A stretch of 63,894 bases of DNA, the filler included, from Licmophora abbreviata (taxonomy: Eukaryota): assembly GCA_900291995.1 (NCBI GenBank). It is 14 parts of 14 records of this genome, joined end to end, with 100 filler letters (N's around TTAATTAATTAA, not from the genome) between each part and the next. Parts side by side here need not be neighbours in the genome. Positions count along the whole stretch, not along the records: positions 8,408 to 12,218 come from OLMU01000941.1; positions 12,319 to 21,825 come from OLMU01000943.1; 12 more parts are not named here. The stretch is one strand, 5' to 3'. The position numbers and the translations under genes were made by a program. This document shows, piece by piece, positions 10,370 through 21,782 of the stretch. The notes below the pieces were generated by a model. That model saw nothing but the letters and a program-made list of their open reading frames with translations. It was not told the DNA's origin and made no database searches. Numbering within the stretch: the first letter of the stretch is position 1; the number at the start of each line of letters is the position of its first letter.

Positions 10370-12218
10370 ATGCAGCCATCCGAAGTAGAAGCGATGGACG
10401 TGGACGAAGAAGAGAATTCGGGCGGGACCAAAATGTCCGACTCGGAGGCAGCGACCACTCCTATGGACATGACTGACGACGCCATTGCGACGCAAGAAGA
10501 AGAGGCAAGACAAGCCATCGATATGCTTCGTGGAGACGATGTGTCGGGGCGCGTTGCAGCAGCGAATCGGCTGCAGGCGGTCGCGGCGGCTTTGGGAGAA
10601 GAGCGAACTAGAAATGTGAGTGTCACTGAGTCCTGCGCGCGGCGGGATAGCACAAATTGGTGCCAAGAATCACCTCGAGTCGACCCTGAAAAGTTCGACT
10701 TTTGATTCCTCTCGTCGTCTCACGCTGCCCTTGTCTTTCCCACAGGAACTTATCCCCTTCTTGGCTGATGGAGTTGACGATGAAGATGAAGTTCTCGCGG
10801 CCGTGGCTGCATCGCTTGGCAAGCTCATCGATCACGTCGGGGGGCCTGAACATGCGCATACGCTCCTCTCACCGCTTGAGCTGCTCCTCACAGTCGAGGA
10901 GAGTGCGGTACGGGAAGCAGCGTCGACTAGTGCCCAGACTGTCTCGGACGCCTTGCTGGACGACGCCTTTCAGTCTCTGTACGCCGACATGCTAGTAAGA
11001 TTGGCCACCAAGGAATGGTTCACCGCGCGTCTATCCGCCGCGGCGCTCTTGTCCTGTGCCTATCCTCGGTTGAATGCGGATCTGCAGCAACAATTTCTGC
11101 AGCTATTTTTAGAACTGTGCCGGGACGACACGCCTATGGTGAGGCGTGTTGCTTCTCAGTATTTGGGACACTTTGTTCAGATTGTGGTGCAGGTGCATGG
11201 ACGGGAGGCATTGGCATCGCCGGAAGGGGCAGTTGTGAAGCACCTTATGCCATTGTACGAGGAACTGGCATCCAGCGAGCAACCCGACTCGGTGCGATTG
11301 CAAACAACCGTCAATTGTGTTGCGTTCGGAACGGCCTTGACGACTAGCGTAGCCACCGATACGAAGGAGGGTGACAATGTGTCGTACTCGGAATCGGAAC
11401 TTGAATTGGTAAAGCGATTGTTGCCCTTAATTGTCGCTACAATCGATGATCGCTCATGGCGTGTGCGATGGACCGCGGCCTCCAAGTTTTCAGAAGTCAT
11501 TGATGCGTATCAGGCTCTGCCTAGCACGATGGATGCCCTGATTCCCGCGTACGAGAAGCTTTTGCAGGACCCAGAGGCTGAAGTAAGGACGGCCGCTACT
11601 TTCAATCTGGCCGCGGTTGCGAAATGCCCCGTCTTGGTTCCACTTGCAAATAAGATGGAGAACGAAGGGAGTGAGAACGAGAACGTCGCGGCAGCACAAG
11701 AAGAGTCGGAGGTCGACAGTCCGCGCGTGTCTGTCGCGGAACGATTGGTCGAGCTTGTGACGGGCTTGACGGAAGATGACAGTGAACACGTGCGCGCATC
11801 GCTGGCCATTGTGGCGACGGAACTTGCTCCCATTCTTGGAAAGGATGCGACCATTACGTATCTGGTCCCTCCTGTCTTGTTGTTGCTAAGAGATGCGGCA
11901 TCGGAAGTACGGCTAAATTTGATTTCGTCACTTTCGGCTTTGAACGAAGTGATTGGAGTCGATCTGCTGTCGCAGTCGCTGCTCCCTGCCATTCTGGATT
12001 TGGCTCAAGATGGCAAGTGGCGCATTCGACTGGCAATCATCCAGCACATTCCGTTGTTGGCAAATCAGCTGGGGAGAGATTTCTTTAGTGAAAAGCTGGC
12101 GCCGTTATGCGTTGGGTGGCTAGGGGATGATATTTCCAGTATTCGCCAGGCGTCAGCGACGAATTTGAAGGAATTGGTGGCCTTGTTTGGCACGCAGTGG
12201 GCAAAGGAGTACATTATT
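10370..12218 (+). CDS. PPP2R1A: Protein phosphatase 2A scaffold subunit A (HEAT repeats), 3' truncated by contig end; intron 10616-10745
   Basis: ALGEERTRN|ELIPFL...DDEDEVL; WFTAR; DDTPMVRR; DDRSWRVR; LLQDPEAEVR; EVRLNLIS; SQSLLPAILDLAQDGKWRIR. Confidence 0.95.
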
Positions 12219-12318
12219 NNNNNNNNNNNNNNNNNNNNNNNNNNNNNNNNNNNNNNNNNNNNTTAATTAATTAANNNNNNNNNNNNNNNNNNNNNNNNNN
12301 NNNNNNNNNNNNNNNNNN

Positions 12319-13892
12319 AGGTGCAGTCTGTGGAAGACGATCGGGAGACGTCGTCGGCGGCTGCGGAGGGCGCGGTGGTCCACGAGAGTAGTCTTCCGCT
12401 GTCCAAGGACGAGGAGCATCACCAGGGGGGCTCGGAGAGGCTCCATCAGACCATGTCTGCGCAATTGACGGGTCGACCGAATAGGGCGCACCCGGCATTG
12501 GTCCACCAGATGCAACCCTGGGATAACGCGAATGCGAGTTGACTCGACTCGGCGGATACGATACATAAGGCGGTGCGGGAGGTGGTTCTTGCCAATAGCC
12601 CGAGCCTCCTCGCGCACCAAACGGTGCAGCGGGCATGGACACACTCGCATCGCGCAAGGGATTGACTGAAAGACTGTGGTCTCGAAGTGGCGGCGGTCCC
12701 ACCATTCCACCCCAACTTCCAGAACTCGTATGGGGATATCCGCCGTACCCCGGCATGGGCGGAGGCGGCATGGACCCCCAGCTTTCGTACCTTCCTGTAG
12801 CCGAGTATTGTCTGTGGCGTTCATCGCCCGACATGCCATAGTCTGCCGATGAGTATGTACTGCTAAAGTGGTGAGGCGGTGGAGGCACTCCCATACTGCC
12901 ATGGCTGTTGACGCGTCCGTGTGGAGGATAGGGCTGTACTCCCGGAATACTTCCCTGACTACCGGCGCGACTGCCGTAGGCACCACTGCTTCCGCTCGCA
13001 CTTCGAAAGGGATCCTGCCAGGAAAAGCCCTCTAGCGTGACGGCTTCGCCTGCGTGAAAGTACTCGCGTCCAAGACTGTGATCCCGTGCCAAGACGCCCT
13101 TTCCAACCACAGAGTCCTTTTGGGCATTTGTGCCGGCGGCAAAGCGAGTTGACTTTTTCGTTGGTTTTGTCGTGGTCCTTTCTTGTTTCTTTTTCTGAAG
13201 AGGGACGATGGATGGAGGCAGTGGGTGAAGGTTGTCAGTCGTCACACTATGGCAAGTCGTCATCACGGCTAGTCTACCCCCCTGTATTTTCCGACGCCAC
13301 TACTCACCTCTACTTCTCCATCACTGCTTGCCTTTCCCATTTCTTCTTCTTGCTGCTTTCTAATTAAGGGTGCTTTTTCTCGCAGTGCTTGACTGGTCTT
13401 TTCCCTGGCCTTCTTGTCACCAACGTCAAGCCACAATCCTGTGTCCTCGTCTAGTTTGAGAAATCGGCCAGGCGGCTCCTGCTCCCTCCATTGACGAATG
13501 ATATCGAGCGCCACAAGCGGCTTGTCCAGTCTCTTGGAATTGACATAATCAAGCTTTCGGTCTTCCACCATCTTGCGGTATCGCTTGTTTCCCGGGTGAT
13601 GATTGGTGCCGCCTCCTCGTCCGTACAAGACATCATGCGGGTGGGGTTCCGAAATGTCCTTGATGGGCCAGTCGATGAATTTCTTTTTCTTTTTCGTCGA
13701 CTTTTTCTTCTTAGTTGACTGTTCGATGTCTGCTGCGGACGTTTCGGTGACGTCGTCGTCTTCTAATTCGTCTTCGTCAGTGTTCTCGTCGGTACTCGCG
13801 ATCGTAGGTTCATCTTCGTCGTCGTCTTTGTCGTCCATTTCTTCATCGTTGGAAGCGGATTCGACGCTGTTTTCAATTTCATCCGCTGACAT
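12319..13892 (-). CDS. DUF6824-domain protein with Pro/Gly-rich C-terminus, 3' truncated; intron 13195-13307
   Basis: HDVLYGRGGGTNHHPGNKRYR...PPGRFLK...WLDVGDKKAREKTSQALRE is the DUF6824 signature, a family expanded in diatoms. Confidence 0.88.
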
Positions 13893-14437
13893 ATCCTACT
13901 AAGAGAGCAGAGTGCGTTGAACTGTACTAGAACGGGCAGTCAATGCAAACAAAGCAAACTGAGAAAGAGAAATTTCAGATTGGTCGTGTTTGTGCATCGG
14001 TCAGAGGCCTGTGATAGTGTACTAAAGTATGCTGAGAGAGGCTTTTCATTTTTTCATCCAAGAATAGAGCAAAGGCAAAAGGTCCAATCAGCGACCACGT
14101 TGACTTTGTACTGATAGCAACGGCAAACGTGGATACCTTTTCCGGGTTGGTTTGAATCGTGGGCAGAAAAAGACAAGACACACTGGTTATCAGTCCTGAA
14201 GCCAATCCCGAACACCAATTTCTACGCATTTTCTCGTGGAGTCAGTAAAATGTACCAGGTTCATCGCAGAGCGCAGACTTTCTCGACGCGCTCGGACAGC
14301 CACGAGATGCGCATCTCGACATCGGCATCGGTCTCGAAAGAAATGAAAGAAAAGATCCAGATCTGTCGAAGAACAAATTGAAAATTGAAAATAGCCTTGA
14401 GCGCTATTCAAAAAGATTATCAGGCACTCGTCGCTCC

Positions 14438-16255
14438 ATGAGGATCAGCAGCATGTCGTCGCGTTCGTTCTTGTCCACATATCTTCGTCACTCTCTCGCG
14501 ATCACCATGGGATACGTGATGGCATGGGCTTTTGTGCTCTCTTCAAGAGTGTCGCCTTCACGAGCCTTTGCGTTTGCCTCGAGATCGTCTTCGTCGTTCC
14601 ATCAGCCTGCGGTGTCATCAGTACTGTCGACGACCTCGCATCTACTCAGTAGTAGTAGCAGCAGCAGTACGACGGCATCATCATCGACGGATGCTTCGTC
14701 TTCCAAGAAGACGCCACAATCTCTGATTCCCATGATACTGCTTGGTGGGTTCCTGGGCAGTGGCAAGACGACGACTCTCAAGCATTTGCTCGAAAACACC
14801 GAAAACGTCCGCATCGGCCTCATTATCAATGACGTCGCAAGTATCAACATTGATGCCAAGCTGGTGGCCAGTACTTCTCAAGATGGACTCGTAGAGCTTC
14901 AGAATGGATGTGCCTGCTGCTCCTTGGCCGATGAGCTACTCACGTCGGTCGAAACCATGCTGCACCAGCGTACCGAAGGCCGTCGTCGTTTCGATGCGCT
15001 CGTAGTGGAATTGTCGGGAGTCGCCGATCCGGTCGCCATTCAGCAAAATTGGAAGGTGGCCAAGCAAATGAAACACCCTGCAACGCAACTGACTGACATG
15101 AGCAGGATTGTTACCGTAGTGGATGCCTCCACGTTTGGAACCGACTACATGACTTGGGATGTCGCATACGAACGTGATGGATGGGTCAACGAAGGAGATG
15201 ACGGTGCTGGCACTCGCAAAGTACCGGAACTGCTTGCAGAACAAGTGGAAGCGGCTAATATCATTCTTATCAACAAAATTGATATCGCTGGGAAGCAACA
15301 AACGCAAGTCGCCAGTGAAGTGGCGCGTGGGTTGAATCCAAAGGCCGAGCTACAAGAAGTGGAGTTTGGAAAGGTGGCGCCTCAGCAAATATTGGGGAAA
15401 CCACTCTTGGAGAGTGAGGTGCTGGAGGAACACTCGTCTTCTCATGACTCGCATGATCACAGTCATTCCCATGATCATGGTCGCAGTGAACTCGATTGTA
15501 CCGACGAGTCCCATTCGCATGCTCATTCGCACAGTCACGATGACCACGTTGCCGATTGCACGGACCCCGACTGTACCGACTCCTCACATTCTCATTCTCA
15601 CTCGCATAGTACCTCGACGGATAAACTGGGCATCATGAGCTTTGTCTACAAGGCTGAGAAGCCGTTTGAGACGCAAAGGCTCATGGCGCTGTTAAATCAA
15701 TGGCCTATTCCTATCAAGGACTATCTAGATCTCAAGCTATTGCACGAAGCCCAGGAAGACGGGTACGAATTGGATGGACGAACGCAGGCCGCATCACCTT
15801 TCCTTGGTGTACTACGATCGAAAGGATTTTGTTGGTTGGGGCCGACACAGTGGTCAGGTAGGCAGAGTGACGTTTGGAGACATGACACGGCGATGTTTTG
15901 GTCACATGCGGGCAAGCACTTTGGCATTAGCTCTGCTGGCAAGTGGTGGGGAACCATACCGAAGGATCGAATGAACGATTACTTTGTCGGAAATGAGCAA
16001 GAGTTGGAACGTTTATTGCGAGAGGACTTTGTTAGTGACGAATGGGGCGACCGACGGCAGGAGATCGTCTTTATCGGAACGAATCTGAATGAGCGCGAGA
16101 TTACGTCGTCTTTGGACGACTGTCTCTGTACCGAGAAGGAGATGGACGGCTATCGACAGAGACTTAGGAACTACATGGACGATGCGATGAAGCCCGGAAC
16201 AGTTCCAGGCCTGTTTGATGTCGGCGGCACTGACCATATGGACCAAGAACAGTAG
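14438..16255 (+). CDS. COG0523/CobW-family metal-chaperone GTPase with His-rich insert and likely targeting peptide
   Basis: Walker A GGFLGSGKTT; LQNGCACC (CxCC); VELSGVADP; NKID; His-rich linker; CobW_C (LRSKGFCWL, WGDRRQEIVFIG). Confidence 0.93.
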   Translation: MRISSMSSRSFLSTYLRHSLAITMGYVMAWAFVLSSRVSPSRAFAFASRSSSSFHQPAVSSVLSTTSHLLSSSSSSSTTASSSTDASSSKKTPQSLIPMILLGGFLGSGKTTTLKHLLENTENVRIGLIINDVASINIDAKLVASTSQDGLVELQNGCACCSLADELLTSVETMLHQRTEGRRRFDALVVELSGVADPVAIQQNWKVAKQMKHPATQLTDMSRIVTVVDASTFGTDYMTWDVAYERDGWVNEGDDGAGTRKVPELLAEQVEAANIILINKIDIAGKQQTQVASEVARGLNPKAELQEVEFGKVAPQQILGKPLLESEVLEEHSSSHDSHDHSHSHDHGRSELDCTDESHSHAHSHSHDDHVADCTDPDCTDSSHSHSHSHSTSTDKLGIMSFVYKAEKPFETQRLMALLNQWPIPIKDYLDLKLLHEAQEDGYELDGRTQAASPFLGVLRSKGFCWLGPTQWSGRQSDVWRHDTAMFWSHAGKHFGISSAGKWWGTIPKDRMNDYFVGNEQELERLLREDFVSDEWGDRRQEIVFIGTNLNEREITSSLDDCLCTEKEMDGYRQRLRNYMDDAMKPGTVPGLFDVGGTDHMDQEQ

Positions 16256-16310
16256 TACAGTTCGACATGATGAACGTTAAAAAACAACTATTTACAGTAT
16301 CACGCCAACT

Positions 16311-18804
16311 CTATTGGAGAACACAGCCACCCTTTCGCCGTTTCGTCTTCGTCTTCCTATTGACACCCTTCTTCGCCTTTGACCTCTTGCTGGACGAAGT
16401 GGGAGAAGACGGAGGAGACATTGTCGCGATAGGTGACGCGGCGGCCGACTCTATTTCTTCGTTGGGTATCCCATCTGTTGACTTGGGTTCGCTATCGCAA
16501 CTCATCATGGAGGCGTCTGATTTCATGCTATCCGTAATCTTGCGGTCGTGTGGGATAGTAAATAGCGTTTTGGGGAGAACGAGGTCGGAGCTTCTCCCTG
16601 TGTCTGACGCGGTGCTCGAGCACGATGACAACGTACTGTGCTTCTTGGTGAGTATAAACGGGTGTGACAACGAATGGTGTCGAGACGAAGGTGGTGTGTC
16701 TTCCTGTTGGTCCAGTGAAGAGTGCGACGACTGGGAGTAGAGAGACGACATGCGATCTCGGGCTGCTTGGTACGTTTCCTTGAGTTGTTTCTTCGCTGTC
16801 ATGAGAAGTGCGGCGGGGTTTGGAATATTGACAATTCGGAATGCCTATGCGAAAAGAAAAAGCAAGGGCGAGTGTAGATGAGCATTCTGTCTCTCAATGC
16901 AAACCATGTTTCCGCACTCTTTTGCATTCTCTCTTCTCATACGTACCCACGAATTTCGTCTTCGCCCACAACCAGTTGCCGCTTGCCGCTCCGCTCCAAT
17001 TCCGCGCTGAGCTGCCGAATGCGCTTCTCGCGAGCCACTTGCAAGAACGGGTGCTGCAGACAATCTCCGACTCCCGCTCGCTTGGCTGGATCTTTCGCTA
17101 ATGTCGCCTTTAGCAAGTCAATCAACGAGTTGCTCAATCCCAATCCCTCGTATGGAACTTGCGCTTGTGCAATCATATCAAACAGATCCGTGGGAATGTC
17201 GGAATAGAAAGGCAGTCGTCCTGTCGCGAAAATATACAAACATACTCCTGCAGCCCATAAGTCGGCAGCATATCCGGAAAAGGCCGACGAGCCGGAGCTG
17301 CACATTTCCGGAGACCAAAAGCACCAAGTGCCTTCCGTCTTGGTAAGCAGACCGGCGTTATGCATACCGGTCATTTTCAATGCCGAATCAGTCTCGCTGC
17401 GAGTAAGTCGCTGGTACTGCTTAAAGCAGAACTCGCCGCTGGGTTGCTGATCGTTGGTACTGCTGGCACTGGCGTCTTCGTCGCTGCTGCCATGCCGACT
17501 ACTCCCTGAAGCACTATCACTGATCGGCAGCGTACCAAATCCATGCTCTTCCTTGAAAAAATAAGACACTCCAAAGTCAGTAATCTTTACAGTGCCGCGA
17601 GCGTCGAGTCTGTGAGCGATAGATCGAGAACATGGAGCGTACAGAACGTCAGGACAGAATCGGTTCGATCGCCGCTCTCACAGATTCCCATACTCCTCAC
17701 TACTTACAAAATGTTTTCCGGTTTTAAATCACGGTGACAAATGTGATGCATGTGTAGGTATGCAAGTGCGTGGAGTATATCGACAAAGTACAACGCAGAA
17801 TGGACTTCGTCAAAGTACCCACGCTTGTTGACACCTTCGAGTTTCGGTTTGCCATCCTTTCTCGGTCGTCGTCGAAACGTCCCATTGTCTTGATACGTAA
17901 GTATTTCTCCGAGTGGCATGTACTCGAGCACCATGTAAAGCATATTGGTATTCGGTGAGTCAATGACCTCAAAAAGTGTTACGAGATTTGGATGCCTCAT
18001 CTTTTTCATCAATGCAATTTCGCGTTCGACCTTTTCGAGTGCCGTCCGTACTTTCACTTTATGCGTCACACTGTCACGTTCCATGGTCCTCATGCGTTTC
18101 AGAATACTCTTGGAACATATCTTGACAGCGACCAGTTCATTGTAGGTAGGGTTTGCGTCGCTTCGGTGGTCGTCGTCGAACAGCGACGAGATTGTGGAGG
18201 AAGCACGTCTGACAAAGCCAGTGGGAGAGAATAGTTTCAAGGTCGAGTCATCTTCTTCGCTGGTCTCGTCGGCCACGTTATGACTGTTGCGACGACGGAA
18301 TCTCGTACCGCTGGTAATTTCGGTGTCGTCTGAACTTCGGGCGAGTGATCCACTATTGGTCATGTTCGCACCGTGACGGCCTGTGAAAAAGGCAGTTGAC
18401 CCGGGAGCCGATGCACTTCGATAGAATCCATCTCCTTTCGCACGTCTCCTGTTGCGTCTCCTGGTGTGTCGATCCGGTGTCCCTGTATTGGGGGGACTCG
18501 TCGCTTCAGAGTCTGGAGGATCCGGCGGGGGTACTCGACGCCGTGCCAACCTTACTGTGCCATACGCTCCCTTTCCCAGGATGCCTTCAATGAATTCAAG
18601 ATTCGCGACTCTCAAGGGGTTTCCGTCCTCATCGAACTCTTCCTCTGTCTTACTAGTAACTGTGGTGGTCGGAGCTTCTGTCTGCGGAGCAGTTTGTGGC
18701 AGAGTAGCAGAGATGTCGAACGCGACTTGCAATGGCTGCTGTTTCGAATCTTGTTGTGAATCTGCAGGTACCGGCGCTGCGTGCTCCACATCTGCAGGCG
18801 CCAT
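16311..18804 (-). CDS. CaMKK/SNF1-activating-kinase-like Ser/Thr kinase; intron 17610-17707 plus a second intron about 16845-16945
   Basis: LGKGAYGTVRLA; VAVK; EREIALMKKMRHPNLV; HRDLKPENIL|LDARGTVKITDFG; GTWCFWSPE; DLWAAGVCLY. The second donor position is ambiguous. Confidence 0.88.
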
Positions 18805-20100
18805 GACCACTATACAACAGCAGGTCCTACACTTGCAGCCAGGATTCAATCTTCCAACCAAGCAACCAGCGAATGAACGAATGAACGAATGAACGAATGA
18901 GAATGACAAATGACGCGGTCGTGAAAGAGAAACGGCAACGCGAACTCTGAACTCTCGAACTTCGGCATTGTTGGGGAAGCGCTTTTCTTTCCGACTCGAT
19001 GAATGTCGCAGGTGTGTCCACTGATATTTCCAACATACATCGTACCCGGTATGATATCATAGTCAAAGGAGTCGAGTCGAGTCGAGTGAGTCGCGTCGAG
19101 TTGGAGAAAGCAAAGTTCGAAGCGACGTTCGCTCGCCCTGAAACCCCGGGTATCATACCTAATCCTAGCTACGAGTGGAGGGGAAATATGCAGGCTGCAT
19201 TGACAGGTCATAGCGCTGAAACAGTTGGTGAGACTAACAGCGGGCTACCAGGTTATGCTCTTTGTACTTGACGTAAATGGTTGTGCCTCTGCATCTATCA
19301 CATCAAGAACGACGAGACAACGCGTTATGTGTTAGTCGACGCATCGTCATGCGAGAGCGTGGTTGTCATGTTGGATAGAGGACTGACGCAGCGGCCGTGG
19401 GGGGCGCGTTCCAATCGACAACGAGTCTTGCACACAAAAACTGTGTTATATCGCAGAACGCTGCCATTGCTGGAACGCGACGCGATACTCTCCATACAGA
19501 GAATTGGGCCTCGGCGCTAAATAAACTCCGTCCAAGCAATACTGTTGCATCCGCATGAAGGCTGCCCTCGTGTGTCATAATACCACATCACACGTGATGT
19601 TGGTCGACAAGGAGCCGAAAAAGGGTGCGAGGGACGTATGGGTCGCAAATTTGGAACGTACCTTCAAATTGTTGCGCCCCGCAAATGCTGCACTTTCGAA
19701 ATCTGCGAAACAGTTGCATCGTGTCGAAAAAGACAGCATAAGAAAGTGAGAAAGACGAGTTCGGAGACGGTGCTGCATTGCGTATTGTCGGGGAGCTACT
19801 AGCAACGACATGGTAGGAACAATTCATGCCATTGCTAACGAAAAATCTCCTCAATCACTCTTGCATTGCATCGTACGAACGCCATCTGCGCAGTTGATCG
19901 CAGAGGCCGTAAACGAATGCGCGTCTTGTCTTCTCTCAAGGCTTTCCATCAGCGACGGCTCAGAAATTTAAGCATATAAATTGGACTCTCATGGGGTATG
20001 GAAAAGAAAAGTCAAGCAATCGCATTTTTCCTCATGGCCAGTCTCGCAATTCAAACACAACGCTCACCACTACGACGGTACGAGCAAACCAGTCGTACCT

Positions 20101-21414
20101 CTATCCCAGCTCCTTTCGCCATAGAATAATCTCCTGCTGCTTGAAATATCGACGATCTTCTTCGTCGACGAGCACAAGATTGATAAAGTATCGCACCGCG
20201 AATCGATTATTCACGGCCGTGTAGGTAGGAGTCAAATCGGCTGGAATGCCCTTGAGACTGAGTCGCACGGGAATCACTTCGCCTTTGACGGGCGCGCCGT
20301 CCATTATTTCGTACTTGACCAAGGTCTGTGTTTCTGTAAATATGTTTTCGGAATTCCCAGCTGCTGCGGACATGGCAGCCGTGCTGGAACCGGTAGCGGC
20401 GGCAGCTGCCGCAACTCCTTCTCCCGATGTTTCTCGCCGGATAATCGCTACTTCCATGTGCTTTATCTTGATGCGCACAAGAAGGAAATGAATCTTGCCG
20501 TGAATCGTGTCGTTCAAGTGATAGACCCGACGATCGTACTCGAATTCAATGTGCAAACAGTCTTCGATTCCCACTTCCATCTTGATTGCCTCGTTCTCTT
20601 TCGGTTCTTCCCCTGGAATTTGAATCCACACGTCTTGTTCCTTGGTGAAAGGCGGAAGAAACTTGCGCTCGACGACGGCACGGACAAAGTATCGAACACT
20701 GACATTGCGTCCATTGTAACTCTCGAACTCCTTTTCCATATTCTTGAAGTCAAAGGGCAGTTCCGTGTGGGAATTGTAAAGTACGCCAGGCGGGGAGAGT
20801 TCCTTGGACAGCGAAATGAAGTCGTAATGCGGACGACCCTCCAGCGCGCCGTGACTCTGGAGCGTATGAGACAAGGAAAACGCGATGGGTCCGTTAGAGC
20901 AAAAGTGGAAGACAGATATGAGCAAAGTGAAATGAGTCTGTTTGCTACGTACCATGTCGATTCGACCAATGAACTGAATCTTGATTCCCAGGTGATCGGA
21001 CTTCTTGCCTGGAGGGAGCGATAGAGATACGACACCCTGCACACGTTCCGACGCTTCGTAGGCAAACATGACACTGTTCCTCGATTCAGCAACTCGATTC
21101 ATCGAGCTGGGTGGTATTTCACTACTCGGAGAAGCGCCAGGGGCGACGGCGGCCAACGAGGGATGTTTGACTCTCCAAAAGGGGTTCTTACGCATCTTCC
21201 AACTCGGGTGGTGTTCGAGAGGAGCGGCCTTGGCATCGTTGTTGTGAGTCAGCGTAATGTCTACCTTGAGCCCACCGCCACTCAAATTAGCAAGAAAGTC
21301 CTGTACCGATAGCCGATATTGAAGTCATGATGGGTAGAGAGTTTCATGTTAGAGAACGGGAAGGACTGAGAGAGAACATGCCAAGATACAAGATACACCG
21401 GCGACTCTCACCAT
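20101..21414 (-). CDS. VPS26: Retromer subunit VPS26; ATG-only first coding exon, introns 21301-21411 and 20857-20952
   Basis: [78 protein letters not shown] C-terminus. Confidence 0.96.
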
Positions 21415-21782
21415 AGGGTCACTCTGGATTTTCTGAAGTTTCCTATTACCAGTCTTTCTTTTCCAACTTTCACAAAACAAAGTTTAGAAGGACGAAGCTA
21501 CCTAGTTTCCAAGTAAGATCTGGATACAGACGGCGCTTGGCTTTCATCAACTTTTTGTTTGTTGTGTGTGGCATGTGGTCACGACGCTCTCGCTGCTGGG
21601 TCGTGGTGTTGTGTGGTATCGTACCAGGTACCGGTATACGCGCGGTCGCACCAAACCTATCATGTGCGAGCGATTCAGCGCAGTGAAAAAACAAGCACGA
21701 AGCGAACTAGGTCCAGGAAGCTCCCACTTTAAACTTTCTAAGTCGATTAACAGTTTCCGTCACGCCAAGTAACAACGTTAGT

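Noticed and set aside
18871..18900. Short tandem repeats (GAATGAAC)n, also (TTGCTCGA)n near 10288 and (GATC)n near 180
   Set aside because: Ordinary short simple repeats in UTR or intergenic DNA, with no spacer structure.
19281..19970. Short ORFs between the kinase and VPS26 that look like decayed coding sequence
   Set aside because: Multiple stops and no recognisable motif; cannot support a gene or pseudogene call.
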